Shown here one piece after another: positions 1-9,323 of a stretch of 64,000 bases of DNA (its first letter is position 1; each line of letters opens with the position of its first letter). A model generated the notes under the pieces. The model saw only the letters and a list, made by a program, of their open reading frames with translations. It was not told the origin of the DNA and did no database searches. The stretch covers positions 736,001 through 800,000 of the forward strand of contig OY843768.1 of NCBI GenBank assembly GCA_963693095.2, given 5' to 3'. A program made the translations under genes and the position numbers. Origin of the DNA: Cenarchaeum sp. (GTDB lineage Archaea > Thermoproteota > Nitrososphaeria > Nitrososphaerales > Nitrosopumilaceae).

Positions 1-247
1 CGACTATCATGCCGTCTGAGCGGCTCGTCCCGCTAGAGATGCTAGAGGCCATGTTCGAGTCATCAGAGACCTCTGTGGCAAGCGACGCGACGTCGGCTGC
101 CGAGCGGTCAGTCTCCATGGCGATGCACTTTTTTGCCCATTCGGTCATGATGAGGTGGGTCTTTACGCCCAGGCCGCCAAGAACCTCCAGCGCGCGTATG
201 CCGTATATGACCCCCGTGCTGCCGGTGATCCCCACTGTGAGCCTCAT
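1..247 (-). CDS. ubiX: Flavin prenyltransferase UbiX/Pad1 family (5' part; runs off window start)
   Basis: Read manually on the minus strand from ATG at 247: MRLTVGITGSTGVIYGIRALEVLGGLGVKTHLIMTEWAKKCIAMETD...NMASSISSGTSRSDGMIV. This has the typical UbiX N-terminal GITG(A/S)(S/T)G and 'A.ISSGS' motifs. Not in the ORF track because it lacks a stop inside the window. Confidence 0.9.
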   Translation of the reverse strand, partial: MRLTVGITGSTGVIYGIRALEVLGGLGVKTHLIMTEWAKKCIAMETDRSAADVASLATEVSDDSNMASSISSGTSRSDGMIV

Positions 248-306
248 GCGAGGCACAGTGCCGCTGCGGGTATTTTATCGCTTTGTGGGCCATCAGGCGC
301 GCCGAC

Positions 307-450
307 TCACGCGCCGGCCTGCGCGTGGCCCCCTCGCGCGGCGTCCTCTTTTTCTGCACGGCGCCGGCGCCAGAGCATCACGGAACCGCACACCACCATC
401 GCGCCCAAAAGCAGCACGCCTAGCATGACGAGCTCAAAGCTGTACAGCAT
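307..450 (-). CDS. Small single-TM membrane protein (47 aa)
   Basis: MLYSFELVMLGVLLLGAMVVCGSVMLWRRRRAEKE...: a hydrophobic helix followed by a basic stop-transfer patch, co-oriented upstream of ubiX. Confidence 0.5.
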   Translation of the reverse strand: MLYSFELVMLGVLLLGAMVVCGSVMLWRRRRAEKEDAARGGHAQAGA

Positions 451-574
451 GGGATGCGCCACTGTGGCCCAGACCGATAAACCTTCGCCGGATCGCAGCG
501 GCGCGTGGGGCAGTCTTGCGCCATGCGCGCCACGGATTATAGCTATATTAGATGCGTCATGCCGACGGCCCACC

Positions 575-1663
575 GTGATACCACGGGCGCAGATGCAGCG
601 CATTGCCGACTCGTACGGCGAGCCCAGGGTCGGCGTCATGGGCAGCCACTCGGCACTAGAGGTCATGGACGGCGCAAGGGACGAGGGCCTGGGGACCGTG
701 GTCTATTGCCAGCGGGGCCGCGATACCCCATACAGGCGCTTTTCGCGGATCGCCGATGAGATCATCACGTTGAGGCGCTTTGCGGACATGGCGTCTGCGC
801 GAACGCAGGCCGCCATGCGCGACACGTCGACAATAGTCGTGCCGCACAGGTCCTTTGCGGTCTATCTGGGCTATGCGCGCATCGAGAACTCTTTTCGCGT
901 GCCGCTCTTTGGAAATCGCGCAATGCTGCGCGCCGAGGAGCGCGACGAGCGCAAGAACCAGTATGACCTGCTCAAAAAGGCCGGAATAAGGCACCCGCGC
1001 GTGGTAAGGCCACGAGACATTGCCGGACCGTGCATCGTAAAGGTCCAGGAGGGCGCGCGCCGCCTCGAGCGCGCGTTCTTTACGGTGACGTCGAGGGAGG
1101 ACTATGAGGCAAAGGCAGACGAGCGCATAAGGCGCAAGATCATAACGAAAAAAGGCCTAGAGCGCGCCGCAATAGAAGAGTTTGCGATTGGAACATACAT
1201 GAACTTTAACTTTTTTTCCTCGCCGCTCACCCCGGAGGCCGAGTTTCTCGGCGTCGAGAGGCGCCTCCAGTCAAACCTGTACGACTTTAACTCGCTGCCC
1301 GCGCGCCAGCAGCTAGAGATGGACATAGACCTGCAGAACGTCGAGGTTGGCCACACGCCGGCCAGCGTGCGCGAGTCGCTCCTTGAAAAGGTCATCGACA
1401 TCGGTGACCGGTTTGTGCGCGCAGCGCGCCAAATGTACAGTCCCGGCGTGATCGGGCCGTTCTCGCTCCAGTCCGTGATCACAAAGGACCTCGAGCTCGT
1501 CGTGTACGACGTCTCGATGCGCGTGCCGGGCAACCCCATACTGGCGACGACTAGCCCCTACACAAAGTACACGCACGGCACTGTCATCGGCGTGGGCAGG
1601 AGGATAGCCATGGAGATAGCGCACGCGCGCGACTCTGGCCGCCTTGCGGACATTGTCACCTAG
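575..1663 (+). CDS. purP: 5-formaminoimidazole-4-carboxamide ribonucleotide synthetase PurP family (ATP-grasp)
   Basis: Motifs GSHSALEVMDGARDEG, ERAFF, VGHTPASVRESLLE, GPFSLQ and GRRIAMEI. The probable start is GTG 575, about 28 nt after the TATA-like CTATATTA, rather than the ORF-track start at 155. Confidence 0.9.
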   Translation: MIPRAQMQRIADSYGEPRVGVMGSHSALEVMDGARDEGLGTVVYCQRGRDTPYRRFSRIADEIITLRRFADMASARTQAAMRDTSTIVVPHRSFAVYLGYARIENSFRVPLFGNRAMLRAEERDERKNQYDLLKKAGIRHPRVVRPRDIAGPCIVKVQEGARRLERAFFTVTSREDYEAKADERIRRKIITKKGLERAAIEEFAIGTYMNFNFFSSPLTPEAEFLGVERRLQSNLYDFNSLPARQQLEMDIDLQNVEVGHTPASVRESLLEKVIDIGDRFVRAARQMYSPGVIGPFSLQSVITKDLELVVYDVSMRVPGNPILATTSPYTKYTHGTVIGVGRRIAMEIAHARDSGRLADIVT

Positions 1664-2085
1664 GCCTCAACGCTGGCCTTTAGGAGTGAGCGCCTCACGA
1701 GTATCGGAATGTTGTAGAATGCCGCAAGGGCCAGCGCGTCTGACGCCCTATAGTTGCGCAGGACCATGTCGCCGTCCCTGCCGGTAAAGTAGAGGTTTGC
1801 GCGCAGGACCTCGTTGCTCTCATAGACCTTTACCTTGACTAGCACAAGGCCATTGTGCTCGCAGACCTCCTCGATCATGCGATAGACCGTCGGAATGTCA
1901 TCGCGCGAGTCCCCAAGAAACCTCATGATGTATCCGGCGATCTCGCCGGAGAATGACCTGATGTGGAACTGCTTGCCTGACTCGGCCTTTAGTATCACTA
2001 TGCCCTCTAGGCCATATGGGTCAACATACCCAACGTGGCCTATCCGGACAGTCTCATAGTCAGGCTCGCTTTGCGCTATGTCCAT
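1660..2085 (-). CDS. Bifunctional nuclease (DUF151) family protein
   Basis: Motifs 'PTVY.MIEE', 'LVKVKVY', 'RANLY' and 'RASDALALA...PILV' match DUF151. A TTATAA box lies about 35 nt upstream. Confidence 0.8.
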   Translation of the reverse strand: MDIAQSEPDYETVRIGHVGYVDPYGLEGIVILKAESGKQFHIRSFSGEIAGYIMRFLGDSRDDIPTVYRMIEEVCEHNGLVLVKVKVYESNEVLRANLYFTGRDGDMVLRNYRASDALALAAFYNIPILVRRSLLKASVEA

Positions 2086-2181
2086 CGGCAATCGCAACAC
2101 GCGTGCCGCGCGCGCCCCTTATAAGCACGCCGACGTGGCACTAGTCAGTTAAAATATCATTGCGCGCACGGGAGCCTGAAA

Positions 2182-3999
2182 ATGTCCGCAGCGCCGGAGC
2201 GATCCGTGTCATATGTCCTCTCAAAGCCCGTCTCGGCATACATGGGCCGTGACGTCCTCATGCTCGGCGAGGGCACACTCACGCGCGAGGCCGCACACAC
2301 GCTCCAGCGCTACGAGCGCGATGACATTATCGTCACCGGCACTGACGGCAAGCCCGTCGGGATTGTGACAGACCAGGACATACTCAGCAAGGTCGGCGAC
2401 ATTACGGTCTATGCCGAGGCGACCACGCTCCATGACATCATGAGCTCGCCCCTCCACACAATAGGCCATGACGCGACGCTGCGCGAGGCCCTTGCGATAA
2501 TGAAGTCCAACGGAATCAGAAAGCTGCCCGTCATCTCGCGCAAGGGCGACGTCATTGGCATCATACTCCAGGTGACCATCGCAAACGTCATACGCGACTC
2601 AGTCACGCGCGCGCCTCGCCTGCTCAGCCCCCCGATAAAGGCGATTCTTGGCAACCTCGGCTTTGTCCTCCAGTTCGCCGGCGTCCTCATACTCGTGCCC
2701 GCAATAGTCTCGACGGTTCTGCGCGAGTTTGAGACTGCCACGGGCATATACCTGACTACTGTCCTTCTCCTAGTGACAGGGTTCTTTCTAAACTCATACG
2801 GTGAAAAGGCCAGCCTAAACCTGCGGCAGGCCTCGATACTCGTATTTTCCAGCCTGTTCATACTCACGCTCTTTGGGACGATACCGTATCTCTATGTGTC
2901 GCAGTTTGGCGACATTCCGCCAGTTGAAAACTTTGCTAGCAGCTTTTTCTCCAGCGCTGCGGGTTTCACGACAGGGGGAATCTCGATATTTGAGACGCCC
3001 GAGACGCTCACAAAGTCGTTCATATTCTACAGGAGCTTTACGCAGCTCGTGGGCGGCATGAGCTTTATCTATCTCGTGATAACTGCATTCTATCCGGAGG
3101 GCAAGCTCCAGTCGATGCGTGGGTTTATCTCGGGCAGGACGCTTCACCTCCGCGAGCTCTTTGGCACAATCGCCGTCATATTTGGGCTCTATATCACCAT
3201 AGTCGCCGCCCTCCTCTATGCCTTTGGCGGGAACGACATACTGGACAACTTTGCGCTCGCGATGAGCACGGTGTCAACTGGCGGGTTTGTCCCCTCGTCT
3301 GGCATGATCGCCGGCCTTGCGTGGCAGTCCGAGATCGTCCTGATGGCCGCAATGATCCTCGGTGCGCTGCCGTTCACGTTTCACTATGCCTTTGTCAGCA
3401 AAAAGTTCCTCTCCCCCAAGCTCGGCAAGGAGGTCATGGCATACTTTGCCCTCCTCGGCGGCGCATCGCTTCTCTTTGTCGCGACGAGCGGCATGGGCGC
3501 CCTAGAGTCCGTCTTTTACACGGTGTCGGCAAGCACGACTGCCGGCCTCCAGTACGAGTCGCTTGCGGGCACGAACGTGGTGTCGCATGCCATACTCACA
3601 ACGCTCATGCTCGTGGGGGGGTGCGGCTTCTCCACTGCAGGAGGCGTAAAGGTCTACCGCATGATGGGCATGCGCAATGTCGCTGCCGTCATGAGGGGCA
3701 GGGCAGGCACGCTGGCCGATGACGCCAGGAAGGAGGCATACTCGACTATCATCATACTCGCCCTCTTTCCCGCAATAGCGCTTGGCGCCGGCGCGTACCT
3801 GTCGGCCTCGACTGGTGCCAGCTATGACGACGCCCTCCTCGAGGCGACTGGCATCATAACCACGGGCGGCCTGTCTAGCGGCATAGTCAACGTGGACACG
3901 GATCCCGCGACAAAGGTGGTCTTGAGCTTTATGATGATATTTGGCCGCCTCGAGGTAATTGCGATCGTGTACATATTTGTGCCGAGGCTGGCCTCTTGA
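2182..3999 (+). CDS. trkH: TrkH-family K+ uptake permease with N-terminal CBS pair
   Basis: N-terminal CBS motifs (GIVTDQDI, IMSSPLHTI, IRKLPV); multiple TM helices with pore loops GFTTGG, VSTGGF, STTAG and ITTGGLS; C-terminal MIFGRLE. Confidence 0.9.
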   Translation: MSAAPERSVSYVLSKPVSAYMGRDVLMLGEGTLTREAAHTLQRYERDDIIVTGTDGKPVGIVTDQDILSKVGDITVYAEATTLHDIMSSPLHTIGHDATLREALAIMKSNGIRKLPVISRKGDVIGIILQVTIANVIRDSVTRAPRLLSPPIKAILGNLGFVLQFAGVLILVPAIVSTVLREFETATGIYLTTVLLLVTGFFLNSYGEKASLNLRQASILVFSSLFILTLFGTIPYLYVSQFGDIPPVENFASSFFSSAAGFTTGGISIFETPETLTKSFIFYRSFTQLVGGMSFIYLVITAFYPEGKLQSMRGFISGRTLHLRELFGTIAVIFGLYITIVAALLYAFGGNDILDNFALAMSTVSTGGFVPSSGMIAGLAWQSEIVLMAAMILGALPFTFHYAFVSKKFLSPKLGKEVMAYFALLGGASLLFVATSGMGALESVFYTVSASTTAGLQYESLAGTNVVSHAILTTLMLVGGCGFSTAGGVKVYRMMGMRNVAAVMRGRAGTLADDARKEAYSTIIILALFPAIALGAGAYLSASTGASYDDALLEATGIITTGGLSSGIVNVDTDPATKVVLSFMMIFGRLEVIAIVYIFVPRLAS

Positions 4000-4787
4000 G
4001 GCCTGGCGTTCGCGTTATAGCAGTTGGGCTGGCATCCATTGCGATTCTCTTTTTGCTCTATGCGCGATACGCGACAGACGCCTCGATGATTGCGCCTGAT
4101 GCCCTGGAGCCGCTGCAGAGGATGGCGCACGCGTTTTACGCGCTCCTCCTCGCCTCCCTGGCGTGTGTTGCGTTGGGAATGTACACGTTTCACCGCGCAA
4201 TGGCGCGCGATGGCGCCGACGGGACGCTGGCGAGGATTGCGCTTGCGACGTGGGCACGGCGCCCGCGGATGGTCTTTGTGGTGACGCTCGTCGCCTATGG
4301 AACGTTTTTTTCACTGACGTCAGGCACGCTCGTGCATCAGCCTGACGTGTCATTCTCGTACCACTATGGGGCGCAGATTCCCTCCATCGAGGTCGCACCA
4401 TGCTGTGACGTGCCCGGATACATGCCAAAGGCCATCATATACCTGACGGACAATGTCGGACTGCAGGTCATACCGGTGAACATGGTCCTGCAGGTCACAG
4501 TCTCATATCTCGTCGCGCTAAACATGTCGATTGCCTCAGTGGCGCTGTCGGCATCTCGCGCGCGACGCAGCATCTCTGGCGTTGGCGCAATAACTGGCCT
4601 GTTTGTCGCGTGTCCTACCTGCGCAGGATCTGTGGCATCGGCGGTTCTCGGGACTGCAAGCGGCATCACGCTGGCAGTGGCGCTATCGCAGGTTCAGACA
4701 GGGCTCATTGCGGTGTCCATACCGGTGCTTTTGGTCACGCCGCTCCTCCTTGCGCGCCGTATCCCCCGGCGCAGCGCGCAGTGCTGA
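3996..4787 (+). CDS. Conserved hypothetical multi-TM membrane protein with CPTC motif
   Basis: Several hydrophobic helices; PCC and ACPTCAG motifs; 4-nt overlap with the trkH stop suggests coupling. Confidence 0.75.
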   Translation: MRPGVRVIAVGLASIAILFLLYARYATDASMIAPDALEPLQRMAHAFYALLLASLACVALGMYTFHRAMARDGADGTLARIALATWARRPRMVFVVTLVAYGTFFSLTSGTLVHQPDVSFSYHYGAQIPSIEVAPCCDVPGYMPKAIIYLTDNVGLQVIPVNMVLQVTVSYLVALNMSIASVALSASRARRSISGVGAITGLFVACPTCAGSVASAVLGTASGITLAVALSQVQTGLIAVSIPVLLVTPLLLARRIPRRSAQC

Positions 4788-4788
4788 G

Positions 4789-5070
4789 TCAGGCTGCCGG
4801 CTTTTTTATCTCGCGCGTTTTCATGCCACCCTCGCCGCGTGCGGTCCCAAAGCTGACAAGCATGAGCAAAAAACCGACACCGATTAGCATGCTGGCAAGT
4901 ATGACCATGTTGCCGTTCTCGCGCTCGTCGAGGAGTAGCTCGGCGATCTCTGCATCAGTCATGCCCTGCCTGCCTGCTGGCGCCTCGGCTCCGAGATATG
5001 CGACAAAGACGGTTCCAAGCACGAGCATGGCCGCGCCTGCGCCCATCATGCCCATGTTTATCCTGATCAC
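4789..5070 (-). CDS. Small 2-TM membrane protein
   Basis: (M)IRINMGMMGAGAAMLVLGTVFVAYLG...ILASMLIGVGFLLMLVSFG...EIKKPAA has two TM helices; the GTG start at 5070 is inferred. Confidence 0.65.
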   Translation of the reverse strand: MIRINMGMMGAGAAMLVLGTVFVAYLGAEAPAGRQGMTDAEIAELLLDERENGNMVILASMLIGVGFLLMLVSFGTARGEGGMKTREIKKPAA

Positions 5071-5116
5071 ATACGCGCGCGGGTTGGCAGACGAATTTAG
5101 GCTTTTGCCGCGCGGC

Positions 5117-5443
5117 GGCCCTGTCCACGAATGGGCGCGGATGGCAGATCCGGGCAACGGCATGGCGTGAAATTTCGGCTCCCCTGCATCCCGGTGCCGG
5201 ATCCCGCCACTGGATCAAGGCCGTGCTGCCTCGACGAACTGGTTTCCCACCGATCTGGCCCCCTACGGATCTCCCCCATGTACAGATGCACGAGGGTGGG
5301 AAATACCTCCCCCGGGCTCGCGCTTTCTGTTCCTTGCAATAAATGTGGAGAGGCCGGCGCGCCGATCTATGGGCTATTGAGTCGGCCTGCTCTTGATCTA
5401 AAAGCTTTGCTGCACTTTTGTGGGATCATTCATGGACAAAGCC
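5117..5443. mobile_element. MITE-like non-autonomous element related to the IS481-type remnant at 8790-9323
   Basis: Imperfect terminal inverted repeats GGCCCTGTCCACGAATG (5117-5133) and CATTCATGGACAAAGCC (5427-5443). The right end CACTTTTGTGGGATCATTCATGGACAAAGCC is nearly identical to 9293-9323, and the left end is homologous to 30386-30442. Confidence 0.65.
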
Positions 5444-5928
5444 GTGCGAGACCCCTATTTCATAGCCTGATTTCGGGCACGCCGCCTCTGCGCATCCCGA
5501 CAGCCCCTACCTGCCGTGACCCGTCTGAGGGGATTCCGTGTGCCTTTGAGGCGTTTGTGGCGCTGGTGGTGAAAGAGAAGGCCATGGCTCCGGGTCACGA
5601 CGTTTGCCCTGTGCGCTCCTGAGCTGGACGATCCGGATGACGAGTTTGCCGCCCATATCGTGCGCACAAGCCGTATGCATGTGATCCCCTAGTGGCGGTT
5701 GTGGGACGCACCAATCAGCTCGACCCCGACCAATAACCATGGTGCGAAACGACAAACTTTTGCGGTCAGTCCGTAGGTATTTTATATTGGCACTTTTTGG
5801 CACCGCCGTTGAGCTCATCGAATTCACATGATCCCGGCCTGATCGCCTCCCTGTCTCCTCACATCGAAGCCGCAATCAGGGCATCACCGTGCACGTGTGC
5901 CCTACTCCGTCCCGATGTGATCCTGGGG

Positions 5929-6633
5929 ATGGTTATTAGGCATGGTCTAGACTCACAAAGGCGCATCCCAGAGTTTCGACAGCTATCCAATAATGCTCAA
6001 ACAAAATTTGCTGATGCTGTGTCTGACCCTGGCAAAAAGCAATTAACAAGCACGCAGATTGAGACCCTTGGCCTCCTCGAGGTTCCATCGTCCGAGATAG
6101 ACGAGCACAATAATGGGCTAAACGAAATATTCCAGACACACAAACTCGGCAAAGTCGTCCGTGACTTTGAGGAAGTTGCAGTCGCATACAATGCCTCACT
6201 TCGGTACTTGTGGACTGGCACAACTGAGCTCTCACGCTTCATAAATGGTGTCGAAGAACTTGACAGTATGCTGAACACCCGCCAGTTTCACTCGAACAAA
6301 CGCAATTTCGTGTCAACATCAATCACCAAATCTCCATGGTTCGTACATCGTACCACGTCATACCACATCAGGGTAACTGACTGGTATAGGAAACACGCGT
6401 TACCGATCACACATACGTCAGTTTTTGCGATCGCCAATCCAGAAATTCTTTCTGGACACAAGAGCGTTTCTTTTCTAGAAGATGAGGTGCGCATAAAAAA
6501 CGGAACAACGATTGAAAATGACACACTCAAGATCATTTTTTACCACCAGCCATCCACCCCAAAGTCATTCACAGGCAATCTGATTAAAACGTACTCTCCT
6601 CTTGGACGTGTGTGTATTGAATATCACAGCTGA
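5929..6633 (+). CDS. Putative ADP-ribosyltransferase-fold (R-S-E clade) toxin-like protein
   Basis: AT-richer than flanking genes. Ordered motifs LSRF..EELDSML (R plus helix), NFVSTS (STS) and LEDEVRI (ExE). The start is uncertain (ORF-track TTG 5797 or ATG 5929). Confidence 0.55.
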   Translation: MVIRHGLDSQRRIPEFRQLSNNAQTKFADAVSDPGKKQLTSTQIETLGLLEVPSSEIDEHNNGLNEIFQTHKLGKVVRDFEEVAVAYNASLRYLWTGTTELSRFINGVEELDSMLNTRQFHSNKRNFVSTSITKSPWFVHRTTSYHIRVTDWYRKHALPITHTSVFAIANPEILSGHKSVSFLEDEVRIKNGTTIENDTLKIIFYHQPSTPKSFTGNLIKTYSPLGRVCIEYHS

Positions 6634-6839
6634 TCAACGTTTGTGCGCGTCAGTGATTCAGACGGTAACAATGAGACTGCAGGGCGTGTCTGGGGGCAGC
6701 TATGGCCATATGATGGAACACGGTAAGCTGCTTGCCTAGTTCTTTGCCCTAGACACGTGCAGTCCGCGTGTGTCTATGTCTTTGGCTGCGCCTGTGTGAA
6801 GCATTAGACTTAATAGGCGTAACACTGCAGAAGCGTTCA

Positions 6840-7097
6840 ATGAACACAGCGCGGCGCGAAGCCCTGAGACTCATCGCCTACGGCCTTCAATTCTATGGCT
6901 CTGTGTCTGGTGGGGAACTAATGACGCGGCTCATAGGGTTGCTATCAGAAAAGGAGGCATGGGGCATTATCGCCGAGGCCGAGAGAATGGGCATGATCGA
7001 GCACGCCGAGATGATTTTCGAGTCATCCGATCCAAGGGCTCAAGAGTGGCGCCTCGTCAAGGGTTTCAATGTGGAACGACTAGAGATACCCACATAG
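6840..7097 (+). CDS. Small hypothetical protein, possibly winged-helix (85 aa)
   Basis: MNTARREALRLIAYGLQFYGSVSGGELMTRL...IIAEAERMGMIE...EWRLV has a helix-helix-helix plus wing-like pattern. The TATA-like CTTAAT lies about 30 nt upstream. Confidence 0.5.
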   Translation: MNTARREALRLIAYGLQFYGSVSGGELMTRLIGLLSEKEAWGIIAEAERMGMIEHAEMIFESSDPRAQEWRLVKGFNVERLEIPT

Positions 7098-7202
7098 ACA
7101 GACCACCGCCCCTGCTGTTTCCGCTTCGTATTGTGCGTATTCATATCTGACTTTGGGCGCACGGGTACTTAGTCGCTTTACCAGAAGACGCCAAAACACC
7201 CG

Positions 7203-7400
7203 TCACATCGTACGAAAAGCAGCATTGGGCGAGATTGGCGCTTTTCTGAAGACGTGTCTTTTCACGCTTTGCGGCGTCCCCTCGCCGACGCTGTTCGAGT
7301 GCTCGATGCCGGTATGCTCACGTAACACGAATAGCCCGGGAACATCCCGCTGCCTGACCGCGACGCAGATGGGCTTGCGAACCATGACCGTGCCTGCTCG
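7203..7400 (-). pseudogene. Degenerate IS66-family transposase C-terminal fragment
   Basis: LFVLREHTGIEHSNSVGEGTPQSVKRHVFRK resembles the IS66 TnpC 'LF.F.EHPG.EPTNN.AERALR...RK' segment and the better-preserved remnants at 44.5-49.8 kb. Confidence 0.5.
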
Positions 7401-7510
7401 AATATTTATGAGCATCAGCTAATTTCTGACGTGTAAATAGCACCACGTTGACATTGTTTCTGACGGCTATCAAATCTGCTTTTGCATCACGTCAGTAATA
7501 CTCGCCCGTC

Positions 7511-8680
7511 TTACACTTTGCTTTCCCCAAAAATCCCTCTTAGTGTGTTGCTGGCTTTTTCGTGGTTGCTGTTTCCGTGGTCGCTAAGAGTGTATTTAGT
7601 AACTTTGTTTTGTGCTAACGCGAGCCTTTTATCAATATCTGCAAAATTGGGGCTATCGATGGGGTTGTCGGGCACGATGTCACTGTGCGCAAACTTTCCC
7701 TGCATGCTGTTCATGATCGCCTTTGCCTCATCTATGTCATCATATACGTGCGTGACAAGCGTGGGATTGTCACAAAGCAACTGCCTTATGCTTGGACACG
7801 CCCCTACGTCTTCGTGCGCGAACCATCGGTTTTGTAGATCCAGGTACATTTCATATCTTGAAGAAAATCCCTGACTTGTTTTCAACCCTAGCTTGTCGCA
7901 CAATTCGGCAAAGTTGCGCAGATCAATGATCATGTATCGTATCGTATACGCTGCTATGGTCAAAGTTGTGACCTTGTTTATTGGGTCATCCTGGAATTCT
8001 TTTATGCTGTGTTTCAATATATCTAGCAGCATATCCATTCCATTACATATACTGTACATATTGCCGTATGTACCGTTGTGTGCTTTTACGTCTAGCGAAA
8101 CTGATATCTTGTTATACTCTGCTGACAGCCTGTACGCATCACTTGCCGTTCTGGGATTTAATTGAGCCAGAATTTCACTCCACTGCCCTATACTGATCCC
8201 GGCATTGCTCTTATTTTTGCGCCTTTCTATTATGTCGTCCTGAAACTTTACCACTAGGCGAGCATAGATCAAGATGTCCTCAAGCTTTTTTGAATCCATC
8301 CTTGAGCCCACTTTGGTCAACATAATTGCCGAGCCCGTCCCCAGATCGCTACCCAGCTCCCTAACAAACCTGATAGTGTCCCGCTGTCCTTCAAGAATTG
8401 TGCAGAGCTTTTGTGGGTCTGGGTGTTCTTGAGCTGATATTATGGTGCCAAAGTTGCGCCCAAACAGTCCAGCAAAGTTCTGAAGCTCTATGACAAAATA
8501 TCGCACATACCTGAGCACCTCTTCGGCCGAAGGGGGAAAGCACAGCATGCCCGTTACGCCCTGACTTCCCGTGTGCAATCCCTGGTTCATATACCAGTAG
8601 TATAGCTGGTCAATTAGAGATTTTAGGCGCCAGGTGCTTTCTACAACACGGGCAAGGACCACCTCATGGCTGTCCGTCAT
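7511..8680 (-). CDS. Low-GC alpha-helical protein with internal duplication and a degenerate HEPN-like motif
   Basis: Open for 389 aa from ATG 8680. Repeated segment VLRYVRYFVIELQNFAGL / AYTIRYMIIDLRNFAEL; LQNRWFAH resembles the HEPN R-x5-H motif ('RNxxxAH'). Confidence 0.55.
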   Translation of the reverse strand: MTDSHEVVLARVVESTWRLKSLIDQLYYWYMNQGLHTGSQGVTGMLCFPPSAEEVLRYVRYFVIELQNFAGLFGRNFGTIISAQEHPDPQKLCTILEGQRDTIRFVRELGSDLGTGSAIMLTKVGSRMDSKKLEDILIYARLVVKFQDDIIERRKNKSNAGISIGQWSEILAQLNPRTASDAYRLSAEYNKISVSLDVKAHNGTYGNMYSICNGMDMLLDILKHSIKEFQDDPINKVTTLTIAAYTIRYMIIDLRNFAELCDKLGLKTSQGFSSRYEMYLDLQNRWFAHEDVGACPSIRQLLCDNPTLVTHVYDDIDEAKAIMNSMQGKFAHSDIVPDNPIDSPNFADIDKRLALAQNKVTKYTLSDHGNSNHEKASNTLRGIFGESKV

Positions 8681-8789
8681 GGACAATTTCCCCCGTGGCA
8701 GATCTTTTCTTGCACCGGTGCGTCCCCGTAATGTGTGCTCATGTAGGCTCGTGCGGGTGTCTGGAATATATGGGTTTTTCCTGCCGATC

Positions 8790-9323
8790 GGCTTTGTATT
8801 GTACAAAAAGTAGTAGACTGGGCAGGAATGCCCGCCGGGCGCTGATCCGGGAGCCCATGGAGGGCCGCCGACGAGCCATGCCGATCAGGAGGTCTGACGC
8901 ACCGGCGCAGGCCCTCTCGGACCACGGCACGCAGTTCACTGCGACCAGGTGCGGCGCCCCGACCCGCAGCTGAACGCCGACGCTCTTCGAGCGGGAGCTG
9001 CTGGACCGCGACATAGCGCACCTCATGGCGCGCGTCCGCCACCCCCAGACCAACGGCCAGGTCGAGAGGCTCTTCCAGACGCTCGAGGCCCAGATTGGCC
9101 ACTTTGGCTGAGTTCCCGAGTTCATTGCGCACTACAACGAGAGATGCCTCCACTTCGCCCTGGACATCAAGGACGGCTAGACGCCCCTGCTGGCCTTCGG
9201 GAGGCGCAGGGCCGACTGGCGGGTCCGGGCGGAGAACCAGAGGTGGATGGAGGTGGACTCGAATGAGTGAGTCTACGATCTGTACAAGGCCTCACTTTTG
9301 CGGGATCATTCACGGACAAAGCC
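8790..9323 (+). mobile_element. IS481-family (rve integrase-core) transposase remnant with right end
   Basis: Reads ...LSDHGTQFTA...FERELLDRDIAHLMARVRHPQTNGQVERLFQTLE...FIAHYNERCLHFALD...TP with in-frame stops (TGA near 9109, TAG 9178). It ends in CATTCACGGACAAAGCC, and GGCTTTGT occurs at 8790. Confidence 0.8.

Noticed and set aside
155-574. N-terminal extension of PurP
   Set aside because: It overlaps ubiX and a small gene on the opposite strand; PurP similarity starts near 575.
8850-9270. Stop-codon readthrough or recoding in the IS481 transposase
   Set aside because: Two different stops plus loss of the N-terminal region indicate ordinary decay.
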